NCBI GenBank assembly: GCA_004377005.1
Contig: SOIV01000160.1
Coordinates: 1 to 57,135, forward strand
From: Candidatus Aminicenantes bacterium
GTDB taxonomy: Bacteria > Acidobacteriota > Aminicenantia > Aminicenantales > Aminicenantaceae
DNA: 57,135 nucleotides
Reading direction: 5' to 3'
Below the pieces are notes generated by a model. The model was not told where the DNA came from, did no database searches, and saw nothing but the letters and a program-made list of their open reading frames with translations. A program made the translations under genes and the position numbers. Positions 9,551 to 19,003 of the stretch are shown one piece after another; positions within the stretch are counted from its first letter, which is position 1; each line of letters opens with the position of its first letter.

Positions 9551-10753
9551 ATGGATAATAGCGCAATTGAGAAGGCAAAAGATCATTTTAGCCAGATTAT
9601 CGAAGACCAGCTAAGCCGCGTTGAGGCAATGAAAAAAGCTGCGGATTGGATTGATTATTCTCAAGTAAAACCCATCATCGTTGGAGTCATAGGCGGAGAT
9701 GGAATTGGTCCTTCTATCGCCAAAGAATCACGCCGCATTCTGGAATTCCTGCTTCAGAAGGAAATAGAAAAAGGGGAAGTTAAGATTCGGGATATAGAAG
9801 GGCTAACGATAGAAAACCGTTCCAAACATAAGAAAGCTATTCCTGATGATGTCCTGGAAGAGATTAAAAAATGCCACGTTACACTTAAGGGCCCAACCAC
9901 AACGCCTAGAAAAGGGGATCCCTGGCCTAATATTGAGAGTGCCAACGTTGCTATGCGGCGCTACTTAGACCTTTTTGCCAACGTGAGACCCGTAAAAGTC
10001 CCTAAAGAAGGAATAGACTGGATGTTTTTCCGAGAAAACACAGAAGGCGCTTATATCTTGGGGAGTAAAGGAATCAATGTCACTGATGATCTAGCCTTTG
10101 ACTTTAAAGTTATCACTACTCAAGGCGCAGAGAGAATTATCCGTTTGGCTTTTGATTATGCCCAAAAAAATAAAATTAACCGAGTCACTATTGTAACAAA
10201 GGCCAATGTGATTAAAACCTCTGATGGAAAATTTTTAGATATCGGCTATAAGATTGCTAAAGAATATCCTGAGATCGAATGCGACGATTGGTACATCGAT
10301 ATCATGACCGCTAAGCTTGTGGATCCCAAGCGCAGGACCCAATTCAGGGTTGTCGTCCTCCCCAACCTTTATGGAGATATCCTTACTGACGAAGCTGCTG
10401 AATTCCAGGGAGGTGTTGGAACTGCTGGAAGTGCCAATATCGGAAAACAGTATGCCATGTTTGAAGCAATCCACGGTTCTGCCCCCCGTATGGTTAAAGA
10501 GGGGCGAGCTCAGTACGCAGATCCATGCAGCATGATTCGAGCTGCAGCCTTACTGATCAGCCATATAGGCTATCCTGAAAGAGGAAAAAACCTAGAAATG
10601 GCGCTGGATATTTGCGGCCAATATGAGAAGAAACTGGTTATAACTGGCCGAGATACTGGATGTGCTGGAGCAGAATATGCCAACTACCTCATGGAAACTC
10701 TTCAGAACCCTGGACTGAAAGATAAGTGGGAAAGCTACACAAAACAGCTTTGA
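9551..10753 (+). CDS. icd: Isocitrate/isopropylmalate dehydrogenase family, probable isocitrate dehydrogenase
   Basis: 400 aa with the motifs GGDGIGPSI and NLYGDILTDEAAEFQGGVGTAGSANIG. The TCA-gene context favours IDH. It has an N-terminal extension of about 40 aa, and its cofactor specificity is unknown. Confidence 0.75.
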   Translation: MDNSAIEKAKDHFSQIIEDQLSRVEAMKKAADWIDYSQVKPIIVGVIGGDGIGPSIAKESRRILEFLLQKEIEKGEVKIRDIEGLTIENRSKHKKAIPDDVLEEIKKCHVTLKGPTTTPRKGDPWPNIESANVAMRRYLDLFANVRPVKVPKEGIDWMFFRENTEGAYILGSKGINVTDDLAFDFKVITTQGAERIIRLAFDYAQKNKINRVTIVTKANVIKTSDGKFLDIGYKIAKEYPEIECDDWYIDIMTAKLVDPKRRTQFRVVVLPNLYGDILTDEAAEFQGGVGTAGSANIGKQYAMFEAIHGSAPRMVKEGRAQYADPCSMIRAAALLISHIGYPERGKNLEMALDICGQYEKKLVITGRDTGCAGAEYANYLMETLQNPGLKDKWESYTKQL

Positions 10754-10853
10754 ATAAAGTAGTTCATCCCTTTTTAGAAGTAAAAAAAGGGCCTGTCTCC
10801 TTATAGTGTTATTTTCAAATTGTACGAAAAAAAGGGGCCTGCAGCCTTTTTGC

Positions 10854-10882
10854 TTGACTGCTATAAAAATTTGCATTATATT
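10854..10882 (+). promoter_or_regulatory. Putative sigma70-type promoter for the mdh-fumarase-sucCD operon
   Basis: TTGACT (10854-10859), a 17-nt spacer, then TATATT (10877-10882), about 160 nt upstream of the mdh ATG. This is a sequence match only. Confidence 0.3.
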
Positions 10883-11042
10883 CAGATTTCAAATAAGCAC
10901 GGTTTCTTTTCAAAACATCTAAAAGTTTTTCGCACCTGAAAAAAAAGCTGGGTTAATCAATAAAGACAAAAAAACTCAAAAGAAATAACTGGCTATAAAT
11001 AATTTTTATTCATAATAATCAAAAATTAGAGGAGGTTTAATA

Positions 11043-11969
11043 ATGAGGAAAAAAATAACAGTGATCGGAGCCGGACATGTTGGAGAAGTCACCGCATTCA
11101 AGATCGCTGAGAAGGAATTAGGAGATGTAGTGCTGCTTGATGTCGTAGAAGATATGCCCATCGGAAAGGGCTTGGATATGCGCGAAGGCGGACCTGTTGG
11201 AAAATACGACTCCGCTATCATGGGCACAAACTCCTTTGCAGACACTGCCGATTCCGATATCGTTGTCATCACTGCAGGAAAGCCACGAAAGCCTGGAATG
11301 AGTAGGGATGAACTTCTTGAAGCAAATGTCAATATTATCAAGCCTGTAACCGAAGAAGTCATCAAATTCTCTCCCAATGCTATGCTGCTTGTTGTCACCA
11401 ATCCTCTCGACGCCATGGTTTACACAGCTTTTAAAGTCAGCAAATTCCCAAAAAACAGAGTCTTCGGGATGGCAGGAATTCTGGACACAACGCGATTCAG
11501 GGCTTTTATTTCAATGGAGCTCAATGTCTCGGTTGAGAACATTCAGGCTCTTGTTCTGGGAGGACACGGAGATACCATGGTTCCCATTGCCCGGTGCACA
11601 ACCGTCGCTGGAATTCCTCTTACTCATTTCCTGCGGCCGGACAGGATTGATGCTATTATCGACAGAACAAGAAAGGGTGGCGGTGAAATCGTCAAATACC
11701 TGAAAACAGGAAGCGCTTACTATGCACCCTCCCTTGCTGTAGCAGAAATGGTAGAATCCATCGTCAAAGACAAGAAAAAAATACTCCCCTGTTCAGCATA
11801 TCTTGAAGGAGAATACGGAATCAATGACCTTTATTTTGGAGTACCCATCAAATTAGGTGCCGGTGGAGTTGAAGAAATCATACAGATAGAGCTTACCGAC
11901 GGGGAGAAAGAGGCTATCAAAAACTCAGAGACTGCTGTTCGCACCGTGGTAGACCTGCTTAAACTCTGA
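11043..11969 (+). CDS. mdh: Malate dehydrogenase (LDH-like type)
   Basis: 308 aa with an N-terminal [11 protein letters not shown] Rossmann motif, [17 protein letters not shown], and GGHGDTMVP. Confidence 0.92.
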   Translation: MRKKITVIGAGHVGEVTAFKIAEKELGDVVLLDVVEDMPIGKGLDMREGGPVGKYDSAIMGTNSFADTADSDIVVITAGKPRKPGMSRDELLEANVNIIKPVTEEVIKFSPNAMLLVVTNPLDAMVYTAFKVSKFPKNRVFGMAGILDTTRFRAFISMELNVSVENIQALVLGGHGDTMVPIARCTTVAGIPLTHFLRPDRIDAIIDRTRKGGGEIVKYLKTGSAYYAPSLAVAEMVESIVKDKKKILPCSAYLEGEYGINDLYFGVPIKLGAGGVEEIIQIELTDGEKEAIKNSETAVRTVVDLLKL

Positions 11970-11974
11970 GGAGA

Positions 11975-12529
11975 ATGGCTGAACACAGAATCGAAACCCC
12001 TGTCTCGGATGAAGACATCGCCAAACTGCGGGCTGGAGACAAAATTTTCATCACCGGCTATCTTTATACAGGGAGAGACTCTGCTCATAAAAAACTGATT
12101 GAACTTGTCAAAGAAGGCAAAGAATTGCCGATAGACGTTAAAGGGCAAATTATCTATTATGTTGGCCCTACACCTGCTCGTCCTGGAAATCCCATCGGTT
12201 CTGCAGGACCAACGACAAGCTACAGGATGGACTCCTATGCCCCAACTCTTCACTCTCTCGGTCTTAAAGGAACAATCGGAAAAGGATCCAGGAATGAAGA
12301 AGTCAAAGAATCCTTAAAGAAATACAAAAGTGTTTATCTTGCCGCAGTCGGTGGAGCTGGAGCTCTCATATCTAAAAGTATCGAAGAATCTGAAGTCATT
12401 GCTTATCCAGAATTGGGGCCTGAAGCGATAAGGAGAATAAAAGTCAAAGATTTTCCATGTATTGTTATCAACGATATGTATGGTGGCGATCTGTATCAAG
12501 AAGGCAAAAAGAAGTACCAGAAGGATTGA
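11975..12529 (+). CDS. Class I Fe-S fumarate hydratase / tartrate dehydratase, beta (C-terminal) subunit
   Basis: 184 aa with the pattern typical of a FumA_C / Fe-S hydro-lyase beta domain (GxxYTGRDxAHKKL, GPTTSxRMD, GKG). No alpha subunit is adjacent. Confidence 0.85.
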   Translation: MAEHRIETPVSDEDIAKLRAGDKIFITGYLYTGRDSAHKKLIELVKEGKELPIDVKGQIIYYVGPTPARPGNPIGSAGPTTSYRMDSYAPTLHSLGLKGTIGKGSRNEEVKESLKKYKSVYLAAVGGAGALISKSIEESEVIAYPELGPEAIRRIKVKDFPCIVINDMYGGDLYQEGKKKYQKD

Positions 12530-12675
12530 AGAAGAGACTTAAAAACAAACCGTAAACTCATCTCTCCTTTCTTCCTCTTGGAGGAAGAGTTCTGGGTTCA
12601 AAGAAAATATTATCACTTTATTCAAAAGACAATTGGAAAAAACAGGCATGAAGATCTTATAAAAGGATAAATACA

Positions 12676-13836
12676 ATGAAAATTCATGAGTATCAAGCCA
12701 AACAAATTCTCAGCAAGTATGACGTTCAAATTCCCCGGGGAGAGGTGGCTGATAATCCTTCCAGAGCTCGCGAAATTGCAGATAAAATCGGCCCGAGGGT
12801 CGTGCTCAAAGCTCAGGTTCATGCGGGAGGAAGAGGCAAAGGAGGAGGCATCAAACTGGCAAAGAATCCTCAAGAAACAGAAAAAATTGCCAAGGAAATG
12901 ATCGGAATGACCCTGGTCACTCCCCAAACCGGACCAGAAGGAAAACTAGTAAAAAAAATCCTTGTGGAAGAAGCACTTGATATTGCTCGAGAACTTTACA
13001 TAGGAATTGTTATAGACAGAGCAAAGGAGGTTCCTGTTGTCATGGCTTCTTCAGAAGGGGGAGTTGAGATAGAAAAAGTCGCTGCTGAAACACCAGAGCT
13101 TATCTTTAAAGAATATATCAACCCGGCCACCGGATTTCTCCCGTTTCAAGCTAGAAACCTAGCTTTTAAACTATGTCTCGAGGGAGGGACCTTTAAACAA
13201 GCCGTTAAATTTATCATTAGTCTTTATAAAACATTCAGAGCGACAGATGCGTCACTCGCAGAAATAAATCCCTTACTCATCACAGAACAAGGAAATGTCC
13301 TTGCTCTTGACGCCAAGATGAACTTCGATGACAATGCCCTCCTCCGTCACCCCGATATCAAAGAGATGAGGGATCTGGACGAGGAAGATCCTTTAGAAGT
13401 CGAGGCATCGTCTTTCAACTTGAACTACATAAAACTGGATGGAAACGTAGGCTGTATGGTGAACGGAGCAGGCCTGGCCATGGCAACCATGGATATCATA
13501 ATGCACTCTGGAGGAATGCCGGCAAACTTCCTCGATGTTGGCGGTGGAGTATCAGAAGAAGCAGTCAAGAATGCCTTTAAAATTCTCGTCTCGGATAAAG
13601 ATGTAAAAGCAGCCTTGGTCAATATTTTTGGAGGCATTGTCCGCTGCGATTTGGTGGCAAACGGTATTGTTAAAGCGGCCAAAGAATTCGGTCTCAAGGT
13701 GCCCATGGTGGTCCGACTCGAAGGAACCAACGCAGAGCTTGGAAAAAAGATCCTAAAAGAATCGGGGCTTTCTTTCTACCCCGCAGAGACGATGAGAGAA
13801 GCGGCTGAAAAAGTTGTTCCCCTTGCCAAACAATAA
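12676..13836 (+). CDS. sucC: Succinyl-CoA synthetase, beta subunit
   Basis: 386 aa starting [12 protein letters not shown], with an ATP-grasp domain and [10 protein letters not shown]. Confidence 0.95.
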   Translation: MKIHEYQAKQILSKYDVQIPRGEVADNPSRAREIADKIGPRVVLKAQVHAGGRGKGGGIKLAKNPQETEKIAKEMIGMTLVTPQTGPEGKLVKKILVEEALDIARELYIGIVIDRAKEVPVVMASSEGGVEIEKVAAETPELIFKEYINPATGFLPFQARNLAFKLCLEGGTFKQAVKFIISLYKTFRATDASLAEINPLLITEQGNVLALDAKMNFDDNALLRHPDIKEMRDLDEEDPLEVEASSFNLNYIKLDGNVGCMVNGAGLAMATMDIIMHSGGMPANFLDVGGGVSEEAVKNAFKILVSDKDVKAALVNIFGGIVRCDLVANGIVKAAKEFGLKVPMVVRLEGTNAELGKKILKESGLSFYPAETMREAAEKVVPLAKQ

Positions 13837-13850
13837 GAAAGGAGTGGAAT

Positions 13851-14726
13851 ATGAGCATAATCATCGATGAAAAGACACGAGTTGTGGTTCAGGGAATCAC
13901 AGGAGGAGAAGGCACCTTCCATACTCAAAGAATGCAGGAGTACGGAACAGCCGTGGTTGCCGGAGTCACCCCCGGAAAAGGAGGAACTACCCACCTCAAT
14001 GTTCCTGTTTATAACTCAGTTGCTGATGCGGTTGAAAAGGAAGGAGCAGATGCCTCTGCAATTTTTGTCCCCGCCTTTTTTGCCGCAGATGCTATCATGG
14101 AGGCCGCAGATGCAGGGATTAAATGCATCGTCTGCATTACCGAAGGAATTCCGACCTTTGATATGATTAAAGTAAAATTATTCCTTAAGGGAAAAGATTG
14201 CTGCCTGATTGGACCAAACACTCCTGGGATCATCTCTCCTGGAAAGTGCAAAATCGGGATCATGCCAGGCCCCATTCATACTCCTGGAACAATCGGCATT
14301 ATTTCCCGCTCCGGCACACTAACCTACGAGGCTGTAGACCAGGTGACTAAGTTGGGATATGGCCAGTCGACTGCAGTGGGCATAGGCGGTGATCCCATTG
14401 TTGGCCTTCAATTCATAGATCTTCTGAGATTCTTCAAAGATGACAAGGATACAGAGGCAGTTATCCTGATCGGAGAGATCGGAGGAACTGCAGAGGAAGA
14501 AGCTGCTGAATACGTCAAGAAAGAATTTCCAAAGCCAGTCGTGAGCTTTATCGCCGGCCAGACCGCTCCCCCAGGAAGAAGGATGGGCCATGCAGGTGCT
14601 ATCATCTCAGGAGGAAAAGGCACAGCTAAAGAAAAGATGAAAGCCTTAGAAGAAGCTGGAGTCCATGTAGCCAAAAGTCCGGCTGAAATCGGTCAAAAAG
14701 TTAAAAAAGCACTTACTGGGGCCTGA
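13851..14726 (+). CDS. sucD: Succinyl-CoA synthetase, alpha subunit
   Basis: 291 aa with [15 protein letters not shown], and the phosphohistidine loop GHAGAII. Confidence 0.95.
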   Translation: MSIIIDEKTRVVVQGITGGEGTFHTQRMQEYGTAVVAGVTPGKGGTTHLNVPVYNSVADAVEKEGADASAIFVPAFFAADAIMEAADAGIKCIVCITEGIPTFDMIKVKLFLKGKDCCLIGPNTPGIISPGKCKIGIMPGPIHTPGTIGIISRSGTLTYEAVDQVTKLGYGQSTAVGIGGDPIVGLQFIDLLRFFKDDKDTEAVILIGEIGGTAEEEAAEYVKKEFPKPVVSFIAGQTAPPGRRMGHAGAIISGGKGTAKEKMKALEEAGVHVAKSPAEIGQKVKKALTGA

Positions 14727-14738
14727 TTCTTCAAATAT

Positions 14739-14870
14739 TGCAGGGGTTTGATTTATCTGATTTTTATTAATTGTAGGGGCTTGATTTATCTGCAGGAGCT
14801 TGATTCATCAAACATGGAAAAACAGGAAGTATCCTTTGTAGGGGCTTGATTTATCAAGCCCACCTTTTTT
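14739..14870 (+). repeat. Four degenerate tandem copies of the 'GTAGGGGCTTGATTTATC' word. The last copy forms a complete hairpin plus T-run, a likely sucD terminator.
   Basis: TGCAGGGGTTTGATTTATCTG, TGTAGGGGCTTGATTTATCTG, CAGGAGCTTGATTCATCAA and TGTAGGGGCTTGATTTATCAAGCCCACCTTTTTT. The palindrome GGGCTTGATTTATCAAGCCC lies at 14842-14861 and is followed by TTTTTT. Confidence 0.7.
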
Positions 14871-14909
14871 ATATGAGATGATTAAAAATATAAATCAAGG
14901 AGGTCTATC

Positions 14910-15788
14910 ATGAAAAATGCCATTAAGTTTTTCTTTCTCACAGTGTTTATCTTGACCTTTTCTCTCTCTTCGTCTATAACTGCCCAGCAGCAAGAGCCAG
15001 TCCCTGTTAAAGCTTCTCAAGTCAAAGGAAATATCTATGAAGTAGAGGGAGGAAGAGGCGCCAATGCTGGATTCTTCATAGGAGAAAAAGAGGTTCTGGT
15101 CATAGATGCAAAAATGACCGAAGAATCGGCTAAACAGATGATTGCTGAAATCAAAAAATTGACTTCCAATCCCATAAAGTATGTTATTCTAACCCACAGC
15201 GACGGCGACCATGTCAACGGCCTTGTCGGATTCCCGGCAGATGTAATCATTGCCGCTCATCATCAAACAGCAAAGGACATGGACGCTGCTTTCAAAGATG
15301 CGAAGTTAAGATCTTACCTTCCTGACTTTACGTTTTCCAAAAAACTGAAGCTCCATTCTGGAGACAAGACAGTCAAGTTATTTCATTTTGGTCCTGCTCA
15401 CACAAGCGGGGATGTCGTCGTCTATTTTCCCGAAGAGAAAGTCGCTTTCATCGGAGATCTCCTGTTTCTCGGAAGAGATCCCTTGATCCACAGACATAAA
15501 AACGGAAACTCCTTCGGACTTGTCAAGACGCTAAAAAGCATCCTGAAACTTGGCGCCGACACATTTATCCACGGCCACGGCAGCATTGCCAGCCCCAGTG
15601 ATCTGGAAGGCGTGATAAAATCTCTTGAAGAAAAGCAGACAAAAATAAAGGCTCTTATCAAAGAAGGAAAATCCTTAGAGGAAATTAAGAAAATTTTTAA
15701 TGTGGAGGACCGCCCGCCTCGTCCAGGCAGAAGCAGAAGGCCCGGTCTTGTCGAGACGATTTATCTCGAACTTACAGAGAAAAAATAG
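14910..15788 (+). CDS. Secreted MBL-fold metallo-hydrolase
   Basis: 292 aa with an N-terminal signal peptide. The metallo-beta-lactamase fold carries LTHSDGDHVNG, a variant of HxHxDH, and downstream His residues (GPAHTSGD, HGHG). Confidence 0.8.
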   Translation: MKNAIKFFFLTVFILTFSLSSSITAQQQEPVPVKASQVKGNIYEVEGGRGANAGFFIGEKEVLVIDAKMTEESAKQMIAEIKKLTSNPIKYVILTHSDGDHVNGLVGFPADVIIAAHHQTAKDMDAAFKDAKLRSYLPDFTFSKKLKLHSGDKTVKLFHFGPAHTSGDVVVYFPEEKVAFIGDLLFLGRDPLIHRHKNGNSFGLVKTLKSILKLGADTFIHGHGSIASPSDLEGVIKSLEEKQTKIKALIKEGKSLEEIKKIFNVEDRPPRPGRSRRPGLVETIYLELTEKK

Positions 15789-15797
15789 CTCTCCTGT

Positions 15798-17501
15798 CTA
15801 TCTTCGCCAATTTTTATACGGGATAAGGGGTAGCGTTTTCTTGCCAACGAATCTGTAGAAAGGAAAGATATCGCCCGTCTCAGGAACCAATTTGAACTTC
15901 CAGTAGCGGATGAATCCGTACTGGGACTGGGGTTCAAGTAGGCAAGGAACTAAGTTAGCCCCCCACTGAGCACAGCTTACATAAAAATCGCCTCGTTTTA
16001 TAATCGTCTGCAACTTTTTCTTTTCCACTTCAATCTTTTGAGGGGGGAGATAATCGAACCTTGCCGGCACAATCTCTTTAGTCTGGTAAGATTCGATCTC
16101 AAGATGGATGTCTTTAGCAAACATTTCAACTTTTATATCATGACCGAGAAGAGTTTCCACGACATCCAGATGTTTGGCGGGAATAATATAGCCCAAAGGA
16201 CGTGGAACGCTCAGAGTTGGTTCCACGTTAGGAAACCAGTTCGTGACGACTTCTTTAGCGACTTTATACTCTGAAGCATAGGGATAGGGAGCAATATCAT
16301 CCCGAGCAAGAAGATCGCCTGCCTTTTTGTCGACTTTGAGGATTCCCCTTATCGGAACCTCCGTTCGCTCGAATTTCTGTATGGTCAACTCTGGCTCTTT
16401 CTCATCCCTGGCATATTGCATTCTCAAATGAACTAAATCATCTTCAGAAAATACGTTTGCCTTCACAAGAAGTTTTTTCCTAAGGCCATTCACTAAAGAG
16501 ATGATTTCTTCTCCATGCCCAGCAATGCTTTCTGCAAAATATCTGATTCCGTAATACTGGTAGTTCGTTCTTTCTTTTAAAGTTTTAAGGTCGTGCCGGG
16601 AAGCTCCTTCCTGAATAAAAGAGAGAGTTTCATAGATCCCTAAACTATTGCGGCCATCGTTGAGGTCAGTTGTGCTATAGCGTTTCATCATTTCCCTTCT
16701 TTCCAGATCCTCCTGCCTGTAGCGCACTCCAGCGGATGAGTCGATTCCCATAGCTTGAGTTATAAGGTACTCATGGTGGGTTATTCGTTTCTTCTCAAGT
16801 TTTTTCCACACTTCAGCTAATATCTTTGACCGGGACAATTCTTGAAGACTCTGATGGATATTTACATTAGAAACACAGCCGATGGATACACGGTAGAAAT
16901 CATCACCTTTTTCATGAACATCCATTGTCACTTCAGGCATCCAGGTTCTGAAGACATGATGGATGGCTTCGACTTCTGGCGCCTCGAGCTTGACATGATC
17001 CCTGTTCAGGTCCAAATTCTGTTCGTTTCTGCGCTGGTCGAAAAAGCTCCCGTAAGGATTTGCCTGAGGGATGATCAGGAAATTAACCTTCTTCAATAGA
17101 CTCTCAAGCTTGCCTGTTGCCAGGTCTCTGATAAGCCACAAAGCAGCTTCTTTGGCAGACTGTTCATTTCCGTGCTGGGCTGCCACAAGCAGAAAAGTCG
17201 GTTTCTTCCGGTTTAGCTTATGGGGAGAATCTGCCCCCTCTTCACTTATGATACACAGGTAAATGTCTTTTGAAGGATAATTCCTTCTCTCTCTTGTCTG
17301 ACCGATTATCTGGACTTTCATCTTTTTTGAAAGATGACTCACACGGCTCAAAAATTCCGTTATTTTTTCATATTGGCTGTATTGAGTGTAGTTTGTCTCC
17401 TCCGCAGGGGTTTTAACAGTTGCTGCCATGGAGATAAAAGAAGAAAAGCAAAGGAAAAAAATTGCTAGAATCAGAGCTTTAAAATATTTTTTTTCAAACA
17501 T
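15798..17501 (-). CDS. Secreted M14 family zinc carboxypeptidase
   Basis: 567 aa with a signal peptide. Zn-binding HxxE (AAQHGNEQS), NRDH, and a downstream HE motif (DVHEKG). Confidence 0.75.
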   Translation of the reverse strand: MFEKKYFKALILAIFFLCFSSFISMAATVKTPAEETNYTQYSQYEKITEFLSRVSHLSKKMKVQIIGQTRERRNYPSKDIYLCIISEEGADSPHKLNRKKPTFLLVAAQHGNEQSAKEAALWLIRDLATGKLESLLKKVNFLIIPQANPYGSFFDQRRNEQNLDLNRDHVKLEAPEVEAIHHVFRTWMPEVTMDVHEKGDDFYRVSIGCVSNVNIHQSLQELSRSKILAEVWKKLEKKRITHHEYLITQAMGIDSSAGVRYRQEDLERREMMKRYSTTDLNDGRNSLGIYETLSFIQEGASRHDLKTLKERTNYQYYGIRYFAESIAGHGEEIISLVNGLRKKLLVKANVFSEDDLVHLRMQYARDEKEPELTIQKFERTEVPIRGILKVDKKAGDLLARDDIAPYPYASEYKVAKEVVTNWFPNVEPTLSVPRPLGYIIPAKHLDVVETLLGHDIKVEMFAKDIHLEIESYQTKEIVPARFDYLPPQKIEVEKKKLQTIIKRGDFYVSCAQWGANLVPCLLEPQSQYGFIRYWKFKLVPETGDIFPFYRFVGKKTLPLIPYKNWRR

Positions 17502-17612
17502 TGTAACCTCCGTTTTGTTATATAAGATTGCCGCACGCCCTCCGGCTATTTACAATGATTTATCCTTTTCTATTGCCAAGCTACTCACGGTCACTGGCAA
17601 TGAAATATCCGG

Positions 17613-18632
17613 TCAAGATGTAAAATAGAAGTAATCATATACAAATTTGGCAATCTGAGCGATTATTTGGTCTACATCTTTTCCCTTCAAGGTCATATCT
17701 TTCGTAAAAATAGTCAAGGCTACCTGGCCCAAATTGTCAGGCAAGTAGATTATTCCGCTGTCGTTGACCGTTCCTCCGATTGTACCAGTTTTATGAGCAA
17801 CCTTTGTCCTACCTGGAAGGTCACCCTTGATTCTCCCCTTTCCTGTTTGACATTCAAGCATTACGGAAAGAATGAGATCACAGCTCTCCTCATTAAGCAC
17901 GTCTTTTTTGTAGATCATCTCTAAAAGCCTGTTCATAGCCCGAGGAGTACTCTGATCCTTCATTATCTGACTAAATTTTTTTTTAGCATCCTCAAAGGCT
18001 TCAGGATCCTTCTTTCTCTCAGCTCTGTAAACCTCAGAGAATTCATCAAGGGAAATTCCTTTGTATTTCTCATAATCCAATCCGACAAAATCCATTATAA
18101 GATGCTGGCATGTTCTGTTGACTGTAATCTTTCCTATCCCATAACTTCGAAGACGGTTGTTGACATTTTCAGCTCCAACCTTGGTCAAAAGAATATCTGT
18201 GGCTGAATTGTCACTGATGATCATCATCATGGTTATGAGGTTTCTCAAAGACAGCTTAATTCCCGGTGCCTCCAGGTCAGAAAGCATACCACTGCCAAGG
18301 TGCTGATCTGTCTTTTGGATGCTTATTTCATCTTTTAAGGTAAATTTCCCTTCTTTAATCTGAGCCAGAACTTCAACCAGAATAGGAACCTTAAAAACAC
18401 TGGCCATCGGAAAATTCATATCGCCGTTTATGTACAGCTCCTGGCCCGATTCCAAATGCTTGACGGCCACACCAACTTCCCCTTCTGTTCCGCGAATAAC
18501 CCCTTCTATCTGTTTTTTTAGTCTTTCGATTCCTGTTGGAGCTTGAGCTTCTTGTTCCGTCCAAACAGAAAACTGCATAAAGACGATAAAAAAAACTAAA
18601 AGAACTGTAATTTTAGATATTTTAGATCGCAT
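17613..18632 (-). CDS. Secreted class A beta-lactamase-like serine hydrolase
   Basis: 339 aa with a signal peptide. It has the SxxK (SVFKV), SDN (ISDNSATD) and KTG (HKTGT) motifs in the class A order. Activity on beta-lactams is not established. Confidence 0.72.
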   Translation of the reverse strand: MRSKISKITVLLVFFIVFMQFSVWTEQEAQAPTGIERLKKQIEGVIRGTEGEVGVAVKHLESGQELYINGDMNFPMASVFKVPILVEVLAQIKEGKFTLKDEISIQKTDQHLGSGMLSDLEAPGIKLSLRNLITMMMIISDNSATDILLTKVGAENVNNRLRSYGIGKITVNRTCQHLIMDFVGLDYEKYKGISLDEFSEVYRAERKKDPEAFEDAKKKFSQIMKDQSTPRAMNRLLEMIYKKDVLNEESCDLILSVMLECQTGKGRIKGDLPGRTKVAHKTGTIGGTVNDSGIIYLPDNLGQVALTIFTKDMTLKGKDVDQIIAQIAKFVYDYFYFTS

Positions 18633-18649
18633 ATACTCCTCCTCCGTTA

Positions 18650-18907
18650 ACCTGATTTATTCATAAATTATGCCAACACTGATATTTATTTTCATTGATA
18701 TCTGCTCGTTACTCTGATTTCACTTCTAGCATAACATTCAATCGGTCTCAAATGTTTTTCTTTTTATTATATGTCGGCATAATTTACCCTTCGGGCGGGC
18801 CGATTTCACCGCATCTGCTTCGTTACAGGGCATTTGCAGTGGAGAACCACAGCCGCATACCCTGTGCCTTGCATCTGCGGCAAACTCGATCCGTGAATAA
18901 TCCAGGT
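18650..18907. repeat. 258-bp TIR-bounded repeat element, copy B
   Basis: Same length, same termini (ACCTGATTTATTCA ... TGAATAATCCAGGT) and same conserved blocks (TATGTCGGCAT, GCATCTGCTTCGTT, CCACAGC) as 9022-9279. It sits 16 nt upstream of the beta-lactamase-like start, next to its GGAGGAGG RBS. Confidence 0.8.
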
Positions 18908-19003
18908 TAATAAATTTTATCTATTAATAAATCATATATTTCAGTTTTTCTCTGCGCTCTGTGATGAAATAAAATTCATTTCTACTCTACTCCAGTCAAT
19001 TTA

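Noticed and set aside
12560-12600. Hairpin CTTCCTC-TTG-GAGGAAG between the fumarase beta subunit and sucC, as a terminator or attenuator
   Set aside because: The stem is short (7 bp), the loop is only 3 nt, and no U-run follows. This is insufficient evidence for a regulatory call.
14739-14870. Possible CRISPR array, because a short repeat occurs four times
   Set aside because: The repeat copies are degenerate and irregularly spaced (about 0-40 nt). The 'spacers' are too short, and there are no cas genes in the window. The last copy is a simple terminator hairpin.
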